A stretch of DNA of 47,873 nucleotides, from positions 1-47,873 of the forward strand of contig NW_021835742.1 of the NCBI RefSeq assembly GCF_006345805.1. The letters are read 5' to 3'. A program made the translations under genes and the position numbers. The stretch is from Octopus sinensis. Taxonomy: Eukaryota. Under the pieces are notes generated by a model that worked only from the letters and a program-made list of their open reading frames with translations, was not told where the DNA came from and searched no databases. Each line of letters begins with the position of its first letter. Position 1 is the stretch's first letter. Of this stretch, positions 46,106 to 47,873 are shown one piece after another.

Positions 46106-47873
46106 GAAGAGAATAAAAAGGAGAAATGTGATCAAGGAGAAAGTACTGGAGTAAGTTTATGGAAAATGAGAAGAAGAGAAAGAAAAATGAGAATGTGATC
46201 AAGGAGAAAGTACTGGAGTAAGTTTATGAAAAATGAGTAGAAGAGAAAGAAAAAGGAGAAATGTGATCAAGGAGAAAGTACTGGAGTAAGTTTATGGAAA
46301 ATGAGAAGAGAAAGAAAAATGAGAATGTGATCAAGGAGAAAGTACTGGAGTAAGTTTATGAAAAATGAGGAGAAGAGAAAGAAAAAGGAGAAATGTGATC
46401 AAGGAGAAAGTACTGGAGTAAGTTTATGGAAAATGAGAATAAGAGAAAGATAAAGGAGAAATGTGATCAAGGAGAAAGAACTGGAGTAAGTTTATGAAAA
46501 ATGAGAATAAGAGAAAGATAAAGGAGAAATGTGATCAAGGAGAAAGTACTGGAGTAAGTTTATGGAAAATGAGAATAAGAGAAAGATAAAGGAGAAATGT
46601 GATCAAGGAGAAAGTACTGGAGTAAGTTTATGAAAAATGAGGAGAAGAGAAAGAAAAAGGAGAAATGTGATCAAGGAGAAAGTACTGGAGTAATTTTATG
46701 GAAAATGAGAAGAAAAGAAAAAAAAAAAAGAGAATGTGATCAAGGAGAAAGTACTGGAGTAAGTTTATGAAAAATGAGTAGAAAGAAAGAAAAAGGAGAA
46801 ATTGATCAAGGAGAAAGTACTGGAGTAAGTTTACGGAAAATGAGAAGAAGAGAAAGAAAAATGAGAATGTGATCAAGGAGAAAGTACTGGAGTAACTTTA
46901 TGGAAAATGAGAAGAAGAGAACGAAAAAGGAGAATGTGATCAAGGAGAAAGTACTGAAGTAAGTTTATGAAAAATGAGAAGAGAAAGAAAAAGGAGAAAT
47001 GTGATCAAGGAGAAAGTACTGAAGTAAGTTTACGGAAAATGAGGAGAAGGGAAGGAAAAAGGAGAAATGTGATTAAGCAGAAAGTACTGGAGTAAGTTTA
47101 CGGAAAATGAGAAGAAAAGAAAGAAAAAGGAGAAATGTGATCAAGGAGAAAGTACTGGAGTAAGTTTATGGAAAATGAGAAGAAGAGAAAGAAAAAGGAG
47201 AAATGTGATCAAGGAGAAAGTACTGGAGTAAGTTCATGAAAAATGAGGAGAAGAGAAAGAAAAATGAGAAATGCGATGAAGGAGAAAGTACTGGAGTAAG
47301 TTTACGGAAAATGAGGAGAAGAGTAAGAAAGTAGAAATGTGATCAAAGAGAAAGTACTGGAGTAATTTTATGGAAATGTAAGAAGAAAAGAAAAAGGAAG
47401 AATGTGATCAAGGAGAAAGTACTGGACAAGTTTACGGAAAATGAGGAGAAGAGAAGAAATTATAAATGTGATCAAGAGAATACTGGAGTAAGTTTTGAAA
47501 AATGATGAGAAGAGAAAGAAAAAGGAGAATGTGATCAAGGAGAAAGTACTGAAGTAAGCTTACGGAAATTAGGAGAAGAAAAGAAAAAGGAGAAATGTGA
47601 TTAACAAAAGTACTGGAGTAAGTTTACGGAAAATGAGAAGAAGAGAAAGAAAAAGGAGAAATGTGATCAAGGAGCAGGTACTGGAGTAAGTTTACGGAAA
47701 ATGAGAAGAGGAGAAAGAAAAAGGAGAAATGTGATCAAGGAGAAAGTACTGAAGTAAGCTTACGGAAAATGAGAAGAAGAGAAAGAAAAAGGAGAAATGT
47801 GATTAAGCCGAAAGTACTCGAGAAAGTTTTACGGAAAATGAGGAGAATAGAAAGAAAAAGGAGAAATGTGATC
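46106..47873 (+). repeat. 68-bp satellite resumes, same orientation (about 26 monomers), runs off the window end
   Basis: GAAGAGAATAAAAAGGAGAAATGTGATC from 46106. AAAAAGGAGAAAT-type monomers with frequent TTTACGG variant. Confidence 0.98.

Overview
Eukaryotic (most likely animal) genomic DNA, about 96% of it one 68-bp satellite (consensus on +: AATGTGATCAAGGAGAAAGTACTGGAGTAAGTTTATGRAAAATGAGGAGAAGAGAAAGAAAAARGAGA, about 81% purine, roughly 680 copies estimated from length). The array is interrupted twice. First, a ~2.1-kb block (39174-41308) is in inverted orientation. Second, a ~1.7-kb island (44433-46105) of microsatellites and short unique sequence hides two 72-nt exons on the minus strand (45592-45521 and 45038-44967). 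Both exons have canonical YAG acceptors and GTAAGT donors, are phase 2-2, and splice in frame to give two consecutive 24-aa 'typical' leucine-rich repeats: (L)NFAHNNIATIKEGTFTGLSNLKS-LYLWNNKISRIEEGTFEDLHSLQT-(L). The ORF track misses both. The simplest reading is that the whole window lies inside an LRR-protein gene whose introns have been hugely expanded by satellite DNA, with one intron >=45 kb. On the gene's sense strand each monomer resembles a 3' splice site, and the inversion turns ~31 monomers into 5' splice-site look-alikes, creating a predicted in-frame 36-nt cryptic exon at its junction. All listed ORFs are repeat artefacts. Parts of the array look like unpolished long-read sequence, so fine structure needs read-level confirmation. 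The gene family and species cannot be named from this window.
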